A DNA stretch of 38,105 bases from an uncultured Pseudomonadota bacterium (GCA_903904275.1 CAIVBX010000147.1:1-38105), one strand, 5' to 3'; shown: positions 8,471 through 17,849, numbered from the stretch's first letter. The notes: generated by a model not told the origin, from the sequence alone. Made by a program: numbers and translations.

Positions 8471-8517
8471 AATAATCTTTGTTTGAAATGACTTAGTTCG
8501 CAGAACCAAGAGCGCAC

Positions 8518-8546
8518 ATGATAATCAGCTAGCATATTAACGTCAA
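8518..8546 (-). promoter_or_regulatory. Sigma70-type promoter of the tRNA Pro-Arg-His operon
   Basis: On the minus strand: TTGACG (8546-8541), a 17-nt spacer, TATCAT (8523-8518), then a GC-rich discriminator GTGCGCT. An A/T-rich tract lies upstream. The predicted start is about 40 nt before the tRNA-Pro 5' end. Confidence 0.55.
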
Positions 8547-8613
8547 TTTTTATTTAAATAATTTTCATTATTTTCTGACCGACGAAAAGGACTTTTTTTT
8601 CAAAAACAAATAA

Positions 8614-9633
8614 TTAAATCATTTTCCAGTGAAGAACTTCACCTGCTTTTAACGGTATTAAATCGTCATAGCTTGCGGGAATTTGCCAATCTATTTTTTC
8701 TAACATGATAGTTTCAACATTTCGCGACAAACCATAAAAATCTGACCCATAAAAACTCGCAAAACCTTCCAATTTATCTAACGCATTCTCACTTTCAAAA
8801 GCATCTATATAAAGTTCTAACGCGCCAAATGCGCTGTAACACCCAGCACAACCACAACTATTTTCTTTTAAATGCGTGTAGTGTGGCGCACTATCCGTAC
8901 CTAAAAAAAATTTCGAATTACCACTAATAGCTGCTTTAACTAAGGCTTTACGGTGAATTTCACGTTTCAAAATTGGCAAACAATAATAATGCGGTTTAAT
9001 ACCACCTGCTAAAATTACATTACGATTAAACAACAAATGTTGAGGTGTAATTGTTGCGGCAATTTTATTACTTGTTGATTCAACAAATTGAACGGCTTCT
9101 TTTGTTGTCACATGCTCGAATACAATTCTCAAGCATGGAAAATTTTTAACTATATCAATTAGATGGCGTTCAATAAACACATGTTCTCTATCAAAAATAT
9201 CACAATTTTCATCTGTGACTTCACCATGAATTAACAGCGGTAAATCGTATTTTTCTAGTGCTGCAAACAATGGATAAATCTTTGTCACATCTGCAACTCC
9301 CGCATCGGAATTTGTCGTTGCACCTGCAGGATAAAGTTTGAATGCGTAAATATGTTCACATTGTGCAGCTTGTTGAATATCATCAATCGTTGTTGCTGTA
9401 GTTAAATATAAAGCCATCAACGGTGTAAAATTCACACCGTCAGGAATTGCTTGCAAAATTTCTTCTCGATAGACTAAAGCCTGCGTAACGGTTATTACAG
9501 GTGGTTTTAAATTTGGCATAATCATTGCTCGCGCAAATTGCCGTGCTGTATGAGGTAAAACCGTTTTTAAAATTGCGCCATTTCTAACGTGTAAATGAAA
9601 ATCGTCGGGGCGTGTAATCGTTAAGGTTTTCAT
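8614..9633 (-). CDS. pyrC: Dihydroorotase (class II, homodimeric type)
   Basis: 339 aa. Motifs 'RPDDFHLHVRNG' (HxH metal ligands), 'AFKLYPAGATTNS' and 'GTDSAPH'. It is collinear with E. coli PyrC as I recall it. Confidence 0.9.
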   Translation of the reverse strand: MKTLTITRPDDFHLHVRNGAILKTVLPHTARQFARAMIMPNLKPPVITVTQALVYREEILQAIPDGVNFTPLMALYLTTATTIDDIQQAAQCEHIYAFKLYPAGATTNSDAGVADVTKIYPLFAALEKYDLPLLIHGEVTDENCDIFDREHVFIERHLIDIVKNFPCLRIVFEHVTTKEAVQFVESTSNKIAATITPQHLLFNRNVILAGGIKPHYYCLPILKREIHRKALVKAAISGNSKFFLGTDSAPHYTHLKENSCGCAGCYSAFGALELYIDAFESENALDKLEGFASFYGSDFYGLSRNVETIMLEKIDWQIPASYDDLIPLKAGEVLHWKMI

Positions 9634-9733
9634 AAATTCATTCCTAAAGTCTGTAAAATACGCACATTCTATAGGTTATCACCTTGAAAAATGAATAATT
9701 CGCGTCATCTTTTTTATTGTTGGAGTTACGAAA

Positions 9734-9952
9734 ATGCCCCTTTACGAATATCTCTGCAAAGCATGTGGTAATGAACACGAAGCCTTGCAAAAATTGAGTG
9801 CTGAACCACTTAAAAATTGTCCAAAATGCCAACAACCCGAACTTGAAAAACGCATTTCTGCTGCGGCTTTTCGACTAAAAGGCAGTGGTTGGTATGAAAC
9901 GGATTTTAAAAGCGGAACGAAAAAAAATGTTGTGAGTGATTCCACAAGTTAA
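9734..9952 (+). CDS. FmdB-family putative regulatory zinc-ribbon protein
   Basis: 72 aa. 'MPLYEYLCKACG...NCPKCQ' supplies the two CxxC pairs, followed by 'GSGWYETDFK'. Confidence 0.8.
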   Translation: MPLYEYLCKACGNEHEALQKLSAEPLKNCPKCQQPELEKRISAAAFRLKGSGWYETDFKSGTKKNVVSDSTS

Positions 9953-9973
9953 TTATTGAACACCAAAATAAAA

Positions 9974-10011
9974 AGGTCTCTGCTATTTTTTAATAGCAGA
10001 GGCCTTTTTTT
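9974..10011 (+). terminator. Rho-independent terminator after the fmdB-like gene
   Basis: 14-bp stem AGGTCTCTGCTATT / AATAGCAGAGGCCT with one G-T pair, a 4-nt loop, and then TTTTTT. Confidence 0.75.
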
Positions 10012-10084
10012 GCATTTTATAAACTTCATGTTGTAAATACGCTTCAATTTAACAAAATGACCACAAATCATTACCTTTGTTGCG

Positions 10085-10124
10085 CTGTCACTAAAATGTC
10101 ATACAAAAGTAATTATATTGTCAT
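10085..10124 (+). promoter_or_regulatory. Two tandem Pho boxes (PhoB binding sites) upstream of the porin gene
   Basis: Four 7-nt direct repeats at 11-bp periodicity: CTGTCAC-taaa-ATGTCAT-acaa-AAGTAAT-tata-TTGTCAT. Compare the E. coli consensus CTGTCAT-4 nt-CTGTCAT. A -10-like TAACCT (10135-10140) lies exactly 10 nt downstream, which is the spacing known for Pho promoters. Confidence 0.75.
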
Positions 10125-10178
10125 TTAATTTTCTTAACCTTTGGGCAATTTTTATTTCTCCCCAATTTTGGAAACCTC

Positions 10179-11834
10179 ATGAAATTATCAAAACTCACTT
10201 TTGCTATTGCAACGGCTTTGACTGCCAGCGTTACAACATCGGCGTTTGCGCTTGATTTGTATGTCGATACAAAAACGAAACAAATTTATACCGAAGCGGG
10301 TGTAGGTAGACAAAGACTTGGTTCATTTGAACAAGTACAAGAAGGCGTGCCTGTTAAAAATGGCGGTGAAGTTTCTGAATTACGCAGCAAATTGGAATTG
10401 CAAGATAATCAAATCAAAGCATTAGAAGAACACGCGAAAGCAGGTGAAGAAGAAGGCGTTGTTGAAATCAAAAAAGACGGTGGCATTGAATTCAAAAGCC
10501 GTGATGGTAATTTCAAAATGGCAATCAACGGACGTATGCAAGTTGATTCACAAATGAACGTAAATCAAGATTTGCCTAATTCAGGTGGTGGCGCTGCAAA
10601 TAATCCGTTAGGCAGTGGATATGCAGCTGGTGCTGCTGGAATGCCTGCGACACTGAACGATGGTGCAGGACTTCGTCGCGCTCGTTTAGGTGTTGAAGGA
10701 ACATTCTTTAAAAATACCGATTATAAATTTGAATACGATTTCACTCGCGGCAATGGTTTGAATGCAGGTGGTATTACAGATGCATATATCAGACAAAATT
10801 TTTCAAAACCATTTTCAATTAAATTTGGTGCTTTCAAAGAACCGTTTAGTATGGAAGAAGCAACGAGTAACCGTTACACCACTTTCATCGAACGCAATAT
10901 GTCAACAAATACATTTGTTGATAATTTGAATACCTACAAAGTAGGTATTGGCGCTAACTATGCGGAAGAACTTTGGCAAGCGGGAGTATCGTTACAAACC
11001 GAAGGTGTTGGTGGTTACAATAATGCGTATGGTTCAAATAACAAATTTGATTCTGCAACAACAGGTAGTGCAATTAACTCTAACGGCGGCGTGAATCGTA
11101 ATGGCGGTGGTGGCGATACAGGTTGGGAAGTAAATGCGCGTGTAACAGGTATGCCTTGGATGGAAAGCAAAACGAAATTTTTGCATATCGGTTCTTCAGG
11201 TTCATACATAAACATAAACAACAATTACAAAGCTGATGGCACTTTCAGTAATGGTGGTGTCGTTTTCGCTAATGGTCTTGGAAGTAACATAGACCGTTCT
11301 GGTGTATTAAGTACAGCTAATTTGACATCAGGTACAAAAGGTACAGCGGCATACCGTCAAGCTGAATACTTAACACGTTACGGTGCAGAATCCGCATTGG
11401 TTTATGGTCCATTCTCTGCACAAGGCGAATATATTCAAACTGATATTTCTGGAAAAGGTTATAAAAACGAATCGTTAAGTGGTTACTACGGTTATATGAC
11501 TTATTTCTTAACAGGTGAATCTCGTAACTACAAAAGTTCAACGGGTGCATGGGATAGAATTACACCTGCTCATAAATTTGACATGAAAGGCGGTTGGGGT
11601 GCATGGGAACTCGCGTCTGGTTATGATTCAATCAATTTAAATGATGGTTTAATTAAAGGCGGTCGTGTATCAACTGCAAAATTAGGTGTAAATTGGTATC
11701 CGAATCAACACGTTCGTGTTATGACTAACTATATTCATGCGTTAGACATCAACACGGCTGGTGGCACTGGCAACAAAGCCTTCAATAATGCTGATTTCGA
11801 TATTATTGAAACGCGCGTCCAATTAGATTGGTAA
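10179..11834 (+). CDS. Phosphate-selective porin O/P family outer-membrane protein
   Basis: Signal peptide 'MKLSKLTFAIATALTASVTTSAFA', a short coiled-coil segment, and a Gly/Asn/Tyr-rich beta-barrel-like body ending in 'ETRVQLDW'. 'GLRRARLGVEGTFFKNTDYKFEYDF' resembles the OprO/OprP family. The Pho boxes upstream fit this call. Confidence 0.75.
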   Translation: MKLSKLTFAIATALTASVTTSAFALDLYVDTKTKQIYTEAGVGRQRLGSFEQVQEGVPVKNGGEVSELRSKLELQDNQIKALEEHAKAGEEEGVVEIKKDGGIEFKSRDGNFKMAINGRMQVDSQMNVNQDLPNSGGGAANNPLGSGYAAGAAGMPATLNDGAGLRRARLGVEGTFFKNTDYKFEYDFTRGNGLNAGGITDAYIRQNFSKPFSIKFGAFKEPFSMEEATSNRYTTFIERNMSTNTFVDNLNTYKVGIGANYAEELWQAGVSLQTEGVGGYNNAYGSNNKFDSATTGSAINSNGGVNRNGGGGDTGWEVNARVTGMPWMESKTKFLHIGSSGSYININNNYKADGTFSNGGVVFANGLGSNIDRSGVLSTANLTSGTKGTAAYRQAEYLTRYGAESALVYGPFSAQGEYIQTDISGKGYKNESLSGYYGYMTYFLTGESRNYKSSTGAWDRITPAHKFDMKGGWGAWELASGYDSINLNDGLIKGGRVSTAKLGVNWYPNQHVRVMTNYIHALDINTAGGTGNKAFNNADFDIIETRVQLDW

Positions 11835-11868
11835 GTTCAAAAATTAAGTTTCATTAGCTACCTCAAAG

Positions 11869-11901
11869 CCTCGCTGTGTAAAATCAGCGAGGTTTTTTTT
11901 A
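11869..11901 (+). terminator. Rho-independent terminator after the porin gene
   Basis: Stem CCTCGCTG / CAGCGAGG, an 8-nt loop, and then a run of 8 T. Confidence 0.8.
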
Positions 11902-11913
11902 TGGTTAAAATTT

Positions 11914-12963
11914 ATGACACAACAATTGGTTAATAAAATCAAAACATGGGGAATCGAATTAGGTTTTCAACAAGTCGGTATTACTGACACCAATTTAACG
12001 CAAGCCGAAGAGCGTTTAGCAAAATGGTTAGCAAACGGTTTTCATGGCGAATTGGACTACATGGCACGACATGGTTTGAAACGCAGTCGCCCTGCCCTAC
12101 TTCATGAAAATACAAAAAGTATTATTTCCGTCAGAATGGATTATTTGCCTGAAAATGCGGTTGAAATGAAGCAGGTTTTAACGTCACCGACAGCCGCGTA
12201 TATTTCACGTTACGCGCTGGGGCGTGATTATCACAAATTGATGCGTCAACGTTTGCAAAAATTAGCCGACAAAATTCAAGCTGAAATTGGCGAATTTGGT
12301 TATCGTACATTTGTTGATAGTGCGCCTGTTTTAGAAAAAGCGATTGCTGAAAAAGCAGGTTTAGGTTGGATTGGCAAACATTCCAACTTAATCAATCGTA
12401 AAGCGGGGTCATGGTTTTTTTTAGGTGAAATTTACACCGATTTAAATTTACAAATTGATGCGCCAACGACTTCGCATTGTGGCGCGTGTGAAGCATGTTT
12501 AACAGTTTGTCCAACACAAGCGATTGTTGCGCCTTATCAAGTTGATGCGCGGCGTTGTATTTCGTATTTGACGATTGAATTGCATGGCGCGATTCCCGAA
12601 AAATTCCGTTCACTAATTGGAAATCGAATTTATGGTTGTGATGATTGCCAATTGGTTTGCCCGTGGAATAGATTTGCAAATTTAACAAAAGAGCCTGATT
12701 TTCACCCGCGCAAATGTTTGAATACGCAGCAACTTTTAGAGGTTTTCGCGTGGACAGAAACGGAATTTTTGAGAAACACGGAAGGCTCGGCAATTCGACG
12801 AATTGGTTATGAACGTTGGCTGCGAAATATCGCAATCGCGTTGGGAAATTCGCCTGTAAATGATGAAATTTTGAATGCACTAAACGCGCGATTACATACA
12901 GTTTCAGACTTAGTGAAAGAACATATTTTTTGGGCAATTCAACAACAAACACGTTCCAAATAA
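11914..12963 (+). CDS. queG: Epoxyqueuosine reductase
   Basis: 349 aa. 4Fe-4S motifs 'CGACEACLTVCPTQAI' and 'CDDCQLVCPWN', plus 'RRCISYLTIE'. Confidence 0.9.
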   Translation: MTQQLVNKIKTWGIELGFQQVGITDTNLTQAEERLAKWLANGFHGELDYMARHGLKRSRPALLHENTKSIISVRMDYLPENAVEMKQVLTSPTAAYISRYALGRDYHKLMRQRLQKLADKIQAEIGEFGYRTFVDSAPVLEKAIAEKAGLGWIGKHSNLINRKAGSWFFLGEIYTDLNLQIDAPTTSHCGACEACLTVCPTQAIVAPYQVDARRCISYLTIELHGAIPEKFRSLIGNRIYGCDDCQLVCPWNRFANLTKEPDFHPRKCLNTQQLLEVFAWTETEFLRNTEGSAIRRIGYERWLRNIAIALGNSPVNDEILNALNARLHTVSDLVKEHIFWAIQQQTRSK

Positions 12964-13060
12964 TTTACTTTTCAATCAACAATCTCCTTCATTAAATCGG
13001 ATTGGTGGGACATTTGTGTTCTCTAAAATAACTTAAATCGGAATAAGGTACGGACACGAA

Positions 13061-13522
13061 CTAATAATCAGGGGTTTCATTTTCATTTGAAGATAGCCAT
13101 TTTTGATAATCTTGATAAAGATTTTCTAATTTACCCAAATCACCATCATTTGAGCATAATTCAAGCTCATTACATTTAGCAGTTGCAAGATGAAAGACAT
13201 CAAAACTTCGTTTATCAACAATAGAGTTTTTTCCCTCTTCTTTTTTTGAACGAGCAAAACGAAACAAATCGGCAGATAACATTGCAATCTTATTGTTAAT
13301 CTCAAACTCTTGATAATCATTGAGAAGATTGTTTAGTCTTTCATATTTTTCATTATCGGAAAAATCTACACCTCTCAACACCTCATAACGAATTAACGAA
13401 CTAATTGCTAAAGCAACATCATCATCATTTAGTAATGCGTCTAACTGAATCATGGCTTCTAAATTTCGCGTATCTAATGCTGCAATAAGTAAATTGGCAT
13501 CTAATAATATTATCTTGTCCAT
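13061..13522 (-). CDS. PIN-domain (VapC-like) ribonuclease
   Basis: 153 aa. The four conserved acidic PIN positions are present: D8 ('IILLDANLLI'), E47 ('RYEVLRG'), D108 ('RSFDVFHLATA') and D126/D128 ('SNDGDL'). Its ATG immediately follows the stop of the upstream ATPase (TAAATG). A hand count of 13081-13180 gives 28 G+C per 100 nt. Confidence 0.75.
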   Translation of the reverse strand: MDKIILLDANLLIAALDTRNLEAMIQLDALLNDDDVALAISSLIRYEVLRGVDFSDNEKYERLNNLLNDYQEFEINNKIAMLSADLFRFARSKKEEGKNSIVDKRSFDVFHLATAKCNELELCSNDGDLGKLENLYQDYQKWLSSNENETPDY

Positions 13523-14635
13523 TTACTGCGACCTTTCTTCTTTTAAAAATTCAAGAAGTTTCTTTTTGGCATTTTTCTGCTGTTCAGCTGACATGCTTTC
13601 ACGTTTCATTTTATTCAAATCAACATCAAAAGCATCGTTAAGAACGTCTATTAACGCTATTTTATTTGGTGCAGTAATCTTTTTTGAACTCACAATCCCA
13701 TTATCACCACGCTCCAATCTATACGCTTCACCTTCTTCGAGCTGAGTCAAAACAATAGATGAATGTGTCGTAATGTAAAATGTAGTGTTTGGAAATAGTT
13801 GTTTCAACAAAGGAATAATTTTAGCCTGCCAAGAAAGGTGCAAATGACTTTCTATTTCATCAATTAAAACAATTCCTTTCACCTTTTGTAAGTTTTGCTC
13901 ATTGGTGAAATTTCCATAACCCGAAATGATGGATTGTATGATTTTCAAGATGGATGCAAAACCTGTACTTAATTGAGATAACTGTCTTTTCTCATCATTT
14001 ATTTTGATTGAAACTCGATTATCACCACTAATTTCCAGAAATTCAGTATCAATTCGTTCGTCAAGTTCATGTAAAAGCATAAGAACTGTTTTCAATTCTA
14101 CAACACGATTATCTTCTTGTTTTTGGTAAGAATTTGAAGATTGAGCGCGACTAATAAACCATTGTTCAATATCATTCTCCATATTCAAATTAGAGAAATT
14201 ATTCTCCATTCCTTGAAATAAGGAGCGAATATAATTACTTTTCCTTTCTGAAAAAATACCGATTGGTTTAACATCCTGTTGTTGATGTTTTATAAATCCT
14301 CTGTTTTGTGATGCCATATAAACAACAGGTAAGCTGTGACTAGAAACTCCTTTAAAAACGTGACGAACCAAAAAATCGAGGTTAGAGGGGGTGTATTCCA
14401 CACCGTCTATATTCGCTGAATTAAAAACGAATAAGCTAGAGTTGTATTCATTTTGTATTACTTCACGAAATGCTTCATGTGAACCTAAAAAAATTTGAAA
14501 TAGCGATTCCAAAAGTTTAGTTTTTCCAAGACCATTTTCGGCAATGAAGGTGTGAACTTTTTTTTCAGGCGAAAGATTCAACTCTATCGTACCGACACCT
14601 TTTACACCTTCTAGTTTAATTTTAGAAAATACCAT
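13523..14635 (-). CDS. ABC/SMC-type ATPase (AAA_15/AAA_21-like), with no fused nuclease domain
   Basis: 370 aa. Walker A 'AENGLGKT' (aa 32-39, nt 14519-14542), ABC-signature-like 'LSTGF' (aa 222-226), Walker B 'IVLIDEIESHLH' (from aa 255, nt 13856-13873 for IVLIDE) and H-loop 'ITTHS' (aa 288-292). The C-terminal tail is charged. A hand count of 14041-14100 gives 18 G+C per 60 nt. Confidence 0.8.
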   Translation of the reverse strand: MVFSKIKLEGVKGVGTIELNLSPEKKVHTFIAENGLGKTKLLESLFQIFLGSHEAFREVIQNEYNSSLFVFNSANIDGVEYTPSNLDFLVRHVFKGVSSHSLPVVYMASQNRGFIKHQQQDVKPIGIFSERKSNYIRSLFQGMENNFSNLNMENDIEQWFISRAQSSNSYQKQEDNRVVELKTVLMLLHELDERIDTEFLEISGDNRVSIKINDEKRQLSQLSTGFASILKIIQSIISGYGNFTNEQNLQKVKGIVLIDEIESHLHLSWQAKIIPLLKQLFPNTTFYITTHSSIVLTQLEEGEAYRLERGDNGIVSSKKITAPNKIALIDVLNDAFDVDLNKMKRESMSAEQQKNAKKKLLEFLKEERSQ

Positions 14636-14650
14636 GATTATTCCAAGAAA

Positions 14651-15559
14651 TTAAAAATACCCTTCACGTTTTTTCTGTTCCATCGAACCTGCTTGGTCAT
14701 GGTCGATTAAACGTCCTTGCCGTTCAGATGTGGTAGTCAAAAGCATTTCTTGAATAATCTCTGGCAAGGTCGTGGCTTCGGATTCGACAGCCCCTGTCAA
14801 TGGATAACAACCTAACGTACGGAAACGCACTTTTTTCATTTCGACTTTTTCATGTTCACCAATTGGCATACGGTCATCATCCACCATAATCAACATGCCA
14901 TCACGTTCCACAACAGGACGTTCTTTTGCAAAATACAACGGTACAATCGGGATATTTTCCAAATGAATGTATTGCCAAATATCCAACTCCGTCCAATTCG
15001 ACAACGGGAAAACACGGATACTTTCGCCTTTATCGATTTTGCCGTTATAGATATTCCATAATTCAGGACGTTGATTTTTGGGATCCCAACGGTGATTTTT
15101 GTCACGGAATGAATAAACACGTTCTTTTGCGCGAGATTTTTCTTCATCACGACGTGCGCCACCGAATGCTGCATCAAATTGATATTTGTTTAACGCTTGT
15201 TTCAAACCGTCGGTTTTCATGACATCGGTGTGTTTTTTACTGCCATGCACAAACGGACTAATGTCCATATCCACGCCATCTTGATTGACGTGAACAATTA
15301 AATCTAACCCCAGCTCTTTGACCATTTTGTCGCGAAATTCAATCATTTCTTTGAATTTCCACGTCGTATCAACGTGCATCATCGGAAACGGTGGACGCGC
15401 TGGATAAAACGCTTTCATGGTCAAATGCAGCATCACCGCTGAATCTTTCCCAATCGAATACAGCATCACAGGGCGTTCAAATTCTGCCGCCACTTCACGA
15501 ATAATATGGATACTTTCCGCTTCGAGTTGTTTTAAATGGGTTAATTTATAGTCTGTCAT
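14651..15559 (-). CDS. cysD: Sulfate adenylyltransferase subunit 2
   Basis: 302 aa and nearly collinear with E. coli CysD as I recall it. Motifs '[21 protein letters not shown]', PP-loop '[15 protein letters not shown]', '[21 protein letters not shown]' and C-terminal '[12 protein letters not shown]'. Confidence 0.95.
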   Translation of the reverse strand: MTDYKLTHLKQLEAESIHIIREVAAEFERPVMLYSIGKDSAVMLHLTMKAFYPARPPFPMMHVDTTWKFKEMIEFRDKMVKELGLDLIVHVNQDGVDMDISPFVHGSKKHTDVMKTDGLKQALNKYQFDAAFGGARRDEEKSRAKERVYSFRDKNHRWDPKNQRPELWNIYNGKIDKGESIRVFPLSNWTELDIWQYIHLENIPIVPLYFAKERPVVERDGMLIMVDDDRMPIGEHEKVEMKKVRFRTLGCYPLTGAVESEATTLPEIIQEMLLTTTSERQGRLIDHDQAGSMEQKKREGYF

Positions 15560-15740
15560 TAAAAAGTCCGTGGAATTTAAAGGCTTGAATGATGGCTATT
15601 CTAATTTGAACCGTGATTTATTACCAATGTTGGATTTCGATTTAGCATCTATTTGAAGAATTTTTTAATTCTGTACCAGCTTGCTTGCAAACTAATAGAA
15701 ACCTATAATCCGCCCTTTTTTTGTTGTCAGGCAAAAACTT

Positions 15741-16913
15741 ATGACCAGTCACATTATGCCCACTTATGCACGACTTGCCGTTACCTTTGAAAAAGGCGAA
15801 GGCGCATGGCTTTGGGATGATAAAAATCAACGTTATTTAGATGCACTTTCAGGAATTGCAGTGTGTAATTTAGGACACGCCCACCCCGCCGTTCACACAG
15901 CGATTTGTGAGCAAAGTGCAAAATTACTGCACACGTCAAATCTTTACCAAATAAAATCACAAGAAAAACTTGCCGATAAGCTCATTGAAATGAGCGGTAT
16001 GACAAACGTTTTTTTCAGTAATTCAGGTGCAGAAGCGAATGAAGTGGCGATTAAATTAGCGCGTAAATTTGGACATTCAAAAGGTATCGAAAAACCCGCT
16101 ATTATCGTGATGGACAAAAGTTTTCACGGTCGCACGCTGGCGACATTAAGCGCAACAGGTAATGCGAAAATTCAACACGGTTTTGAACCGCTCGTTGAAG
16201 GCTTTGTGCGCGTGCCTTATAACGATATTTCGGCAATTAAAACGGTGCTTTCAGAAAATAAATCGATTACTGCGATTTTGGTTGAACCCGTGCAAGGTGA
16301 AGGCGGTGTGAACATTCCCGCGTCAGATTATTTAAATCAAATCCGCACGCTTTGCGATGAATACGATATTTTGATGATGCTTGATGAAATTCAAACAGGC
16401 ATCGGACGCACAGGAAAATTTTTAGCATTCCAACATAACAACATTTTGCCTGACGTTTGCACACTCGCAAAAGCATTAGGAAACGGCGTGCCGATTGGCG
16501 CGTGTTTGGCAAGTGGAAAAGCGGCAGACATTTTCACCGCAGGAAATCACGGTTCAACCTTTGGCGGAAATCCGCTTGCGTGTAGCGCAGGATTAGCGGT
16601 TTTAAACACATTAAGCGAAAGTGATTTAATTACTCAAGCTGCTGAAAAAGGCGACGTAATTTGCGCGGCATTCAAAGAAAAATTACAAACCAATTCACAC
16701 GTTTTAAACATTCGCCATTTAGGCTTAATGATTGGCATCGAATTAGACATAACTTGCACTGAACTTGTTGGTAAAGCATTAAATACTGGTTTGTTAATTA
16801 ACATCACGCAAGACAAAGTGATTCGATTATTGCCACCGCTCGTTATTGATAACGACCAAATAACCCAACTCGTTGATACGCTATCAACGTTAATTCAAGA
16901 GTACACCCAATGA
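15741..16913 (+). CDS. argD: Acetylornithine aminotransferase
   Basis: 390 aa. Motifs '[21 protein letters not shown]', '[11 protein letters not shown]' and '[12 protein letters not shown]', with the PLP-lysine region '[12 protein letters not shown]'. The gene lies directly upstream of argF. Confidence 0.85.
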   Translation: MTSHIMPTYARLAVTFEKGEGAWLWDDKNQRYLDALSGIAVCNLGHAHPAVHTAICEQSAKLLHTSNLYQIKSQEKLADKLIEMSGMTNVFFSNSGAEANEVAIKLARKFGHSKGIEKPAIIVMDKSFHGRTLATLSATGNAKIQHGFEPLVEGFVRVPYNDISAIKTVLSENKSITAILVEPVQGEGGVNIPASDYLNQIRTLCDEYDILMMLDEIQTGIGRTGKFLAFQHNNILPDVCTLAKALGNGVPIGACLASGKAADIFTAGNHGSTFGGNPLACSAGLAVLNTLSESDLITQAAEKGDVICAAFKEKLQTNSHVLNIRHLGLMIGIELDITCTELVGKALNTGLLINITQDKVIRLLPPLVIDNDQITQLVDTLSTLIQEYTQ

Positions 16914-17839
16914 AACAACCAAGACATTTTATAAGTTTGCTAGATTTGACCCGTGACGAATTTCGGTCGTTGATTGCACGCGCGACGATGTTAAAACACG
17001 TTCGTGACCATGATTATCAACCATTGAAAGGGCAAGTTTTAGGGATGATTTTTGAAAAATCCTCAACACGAACTCGGGTTTCATTTGAAACAGGCATGGC
17101 ACATTTTGGCGGACACGCACTGTTTTTATCGCCGCGTGATACGCAACTCGGACGCGGTGAACCGATTGCCGACAGCGCGAAAGTGATTTCTCGCATGGTG
17201 GATTGCGTGATGTTACGAACGCATACGCATGAAACCGTCACAAAATTTGCAGAAAACTCGCGGGTGCCTGTGATTAACGGTTTGACCGACAAAGAACATC
17301 CGTGCCAATTGCTTGCGGATATGCAAACCTATTTTGAACATCGTAGCGATATTCGCGGCAAAATAGTTGCGTGGATTGGTGACGGCAATAATATGTGTCA
17401 CTCTTACATTCATGCCGCAATGGTGTTAGATTTCACATTGCACATTGCCGCACCACAAGGTTATTTGCCAGATGCTGAAATTGTTAAAATGGCTGGTGAA
17501 AGGGTTAAATTTTTCGACACCACCGTTGAAGCGGCAAAAAATGTGGATTTAGTTGTCACCGATGTTTGGGCAAGTATGGGGCAAGAAGATGAACAAAAGC
17601 TGCGCGAAATAGCGTTTAAAAATTATCAAGTCGATGTAAATGTGATGGCGGTGGCAAAATCAGATGCTTTATTTATGCACTGTTTGCCAGCGCATCGTGG
17701 CGAAGAAGTCAGCGCAGAAGTCATTGACGGAATGCAAAGTGTTATTTTTGACGAAGCCGAAAACCGCTTACACGCGCAAAAAGCTCTTTTAGAATTACTC
17801 ATGTGTGGCAACGCAAAAATTTCTTTACTCAATGATTAG
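16910..17839 (+). CDS. argF: Ornithine carbamoyltransferase
   Basis: 309 aa. Motifs '[13 protein letters not shown]', 'HPCQLLAD', 'DVWASMG' and '[10 protein letters not shown]'. An ATGA start/stop overlap links it to argD. Confidence 0.9.
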   Translation: MKQPRHFISLLDLTRDEFRSLIARATMLKHVRDHDYQPLKGQVLGMIFEKSSTRTRVSFETGMAHFGGHALFLSPRDTQLGRGEPIADSAKVISRMVDCVMLRTHTHETVTKFAENSRVPVINGLTDKEHPCQLLADMQTYFEHRSDIRGKIVAWIGDGNNMCHSYIHAAMVLDFTLHIAAPQGYLPDAEIVKMAGERVKFFDTTVEAAKNVDLVVTDVWASMGQEDEQKLREIAFKNYQVDVNVMAVAKSDALFMHCLPAHRGEEVSAEVIDGMQSVIFDEAENRLHAQKALLELLMCGNAKISLLND

Positions 17840-17849
17840 TGAGCGATTT

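Noticed and set aside
12392-12952. A 186-aa antisense ORF lies inside queG.
   Set aside because: It sits entirely within a well-supported queG reading frame on the opposite strand. It has no recognisable motifs and no ribosome-binding site, so it is most likely a chance open frame.
12992-13056. An imperfect direct repeat (TTAAATCGGA...GGACA, two copies about 41 nt apart) lies between queG and the PIN gene and might be an att or insertion scar.
   Set aside because: Both copies are on the same side of the module and no matching copy was seen at the cysD side. The repeat core of about 10 nt is short enough to occur by chance in AT-rich DNA.
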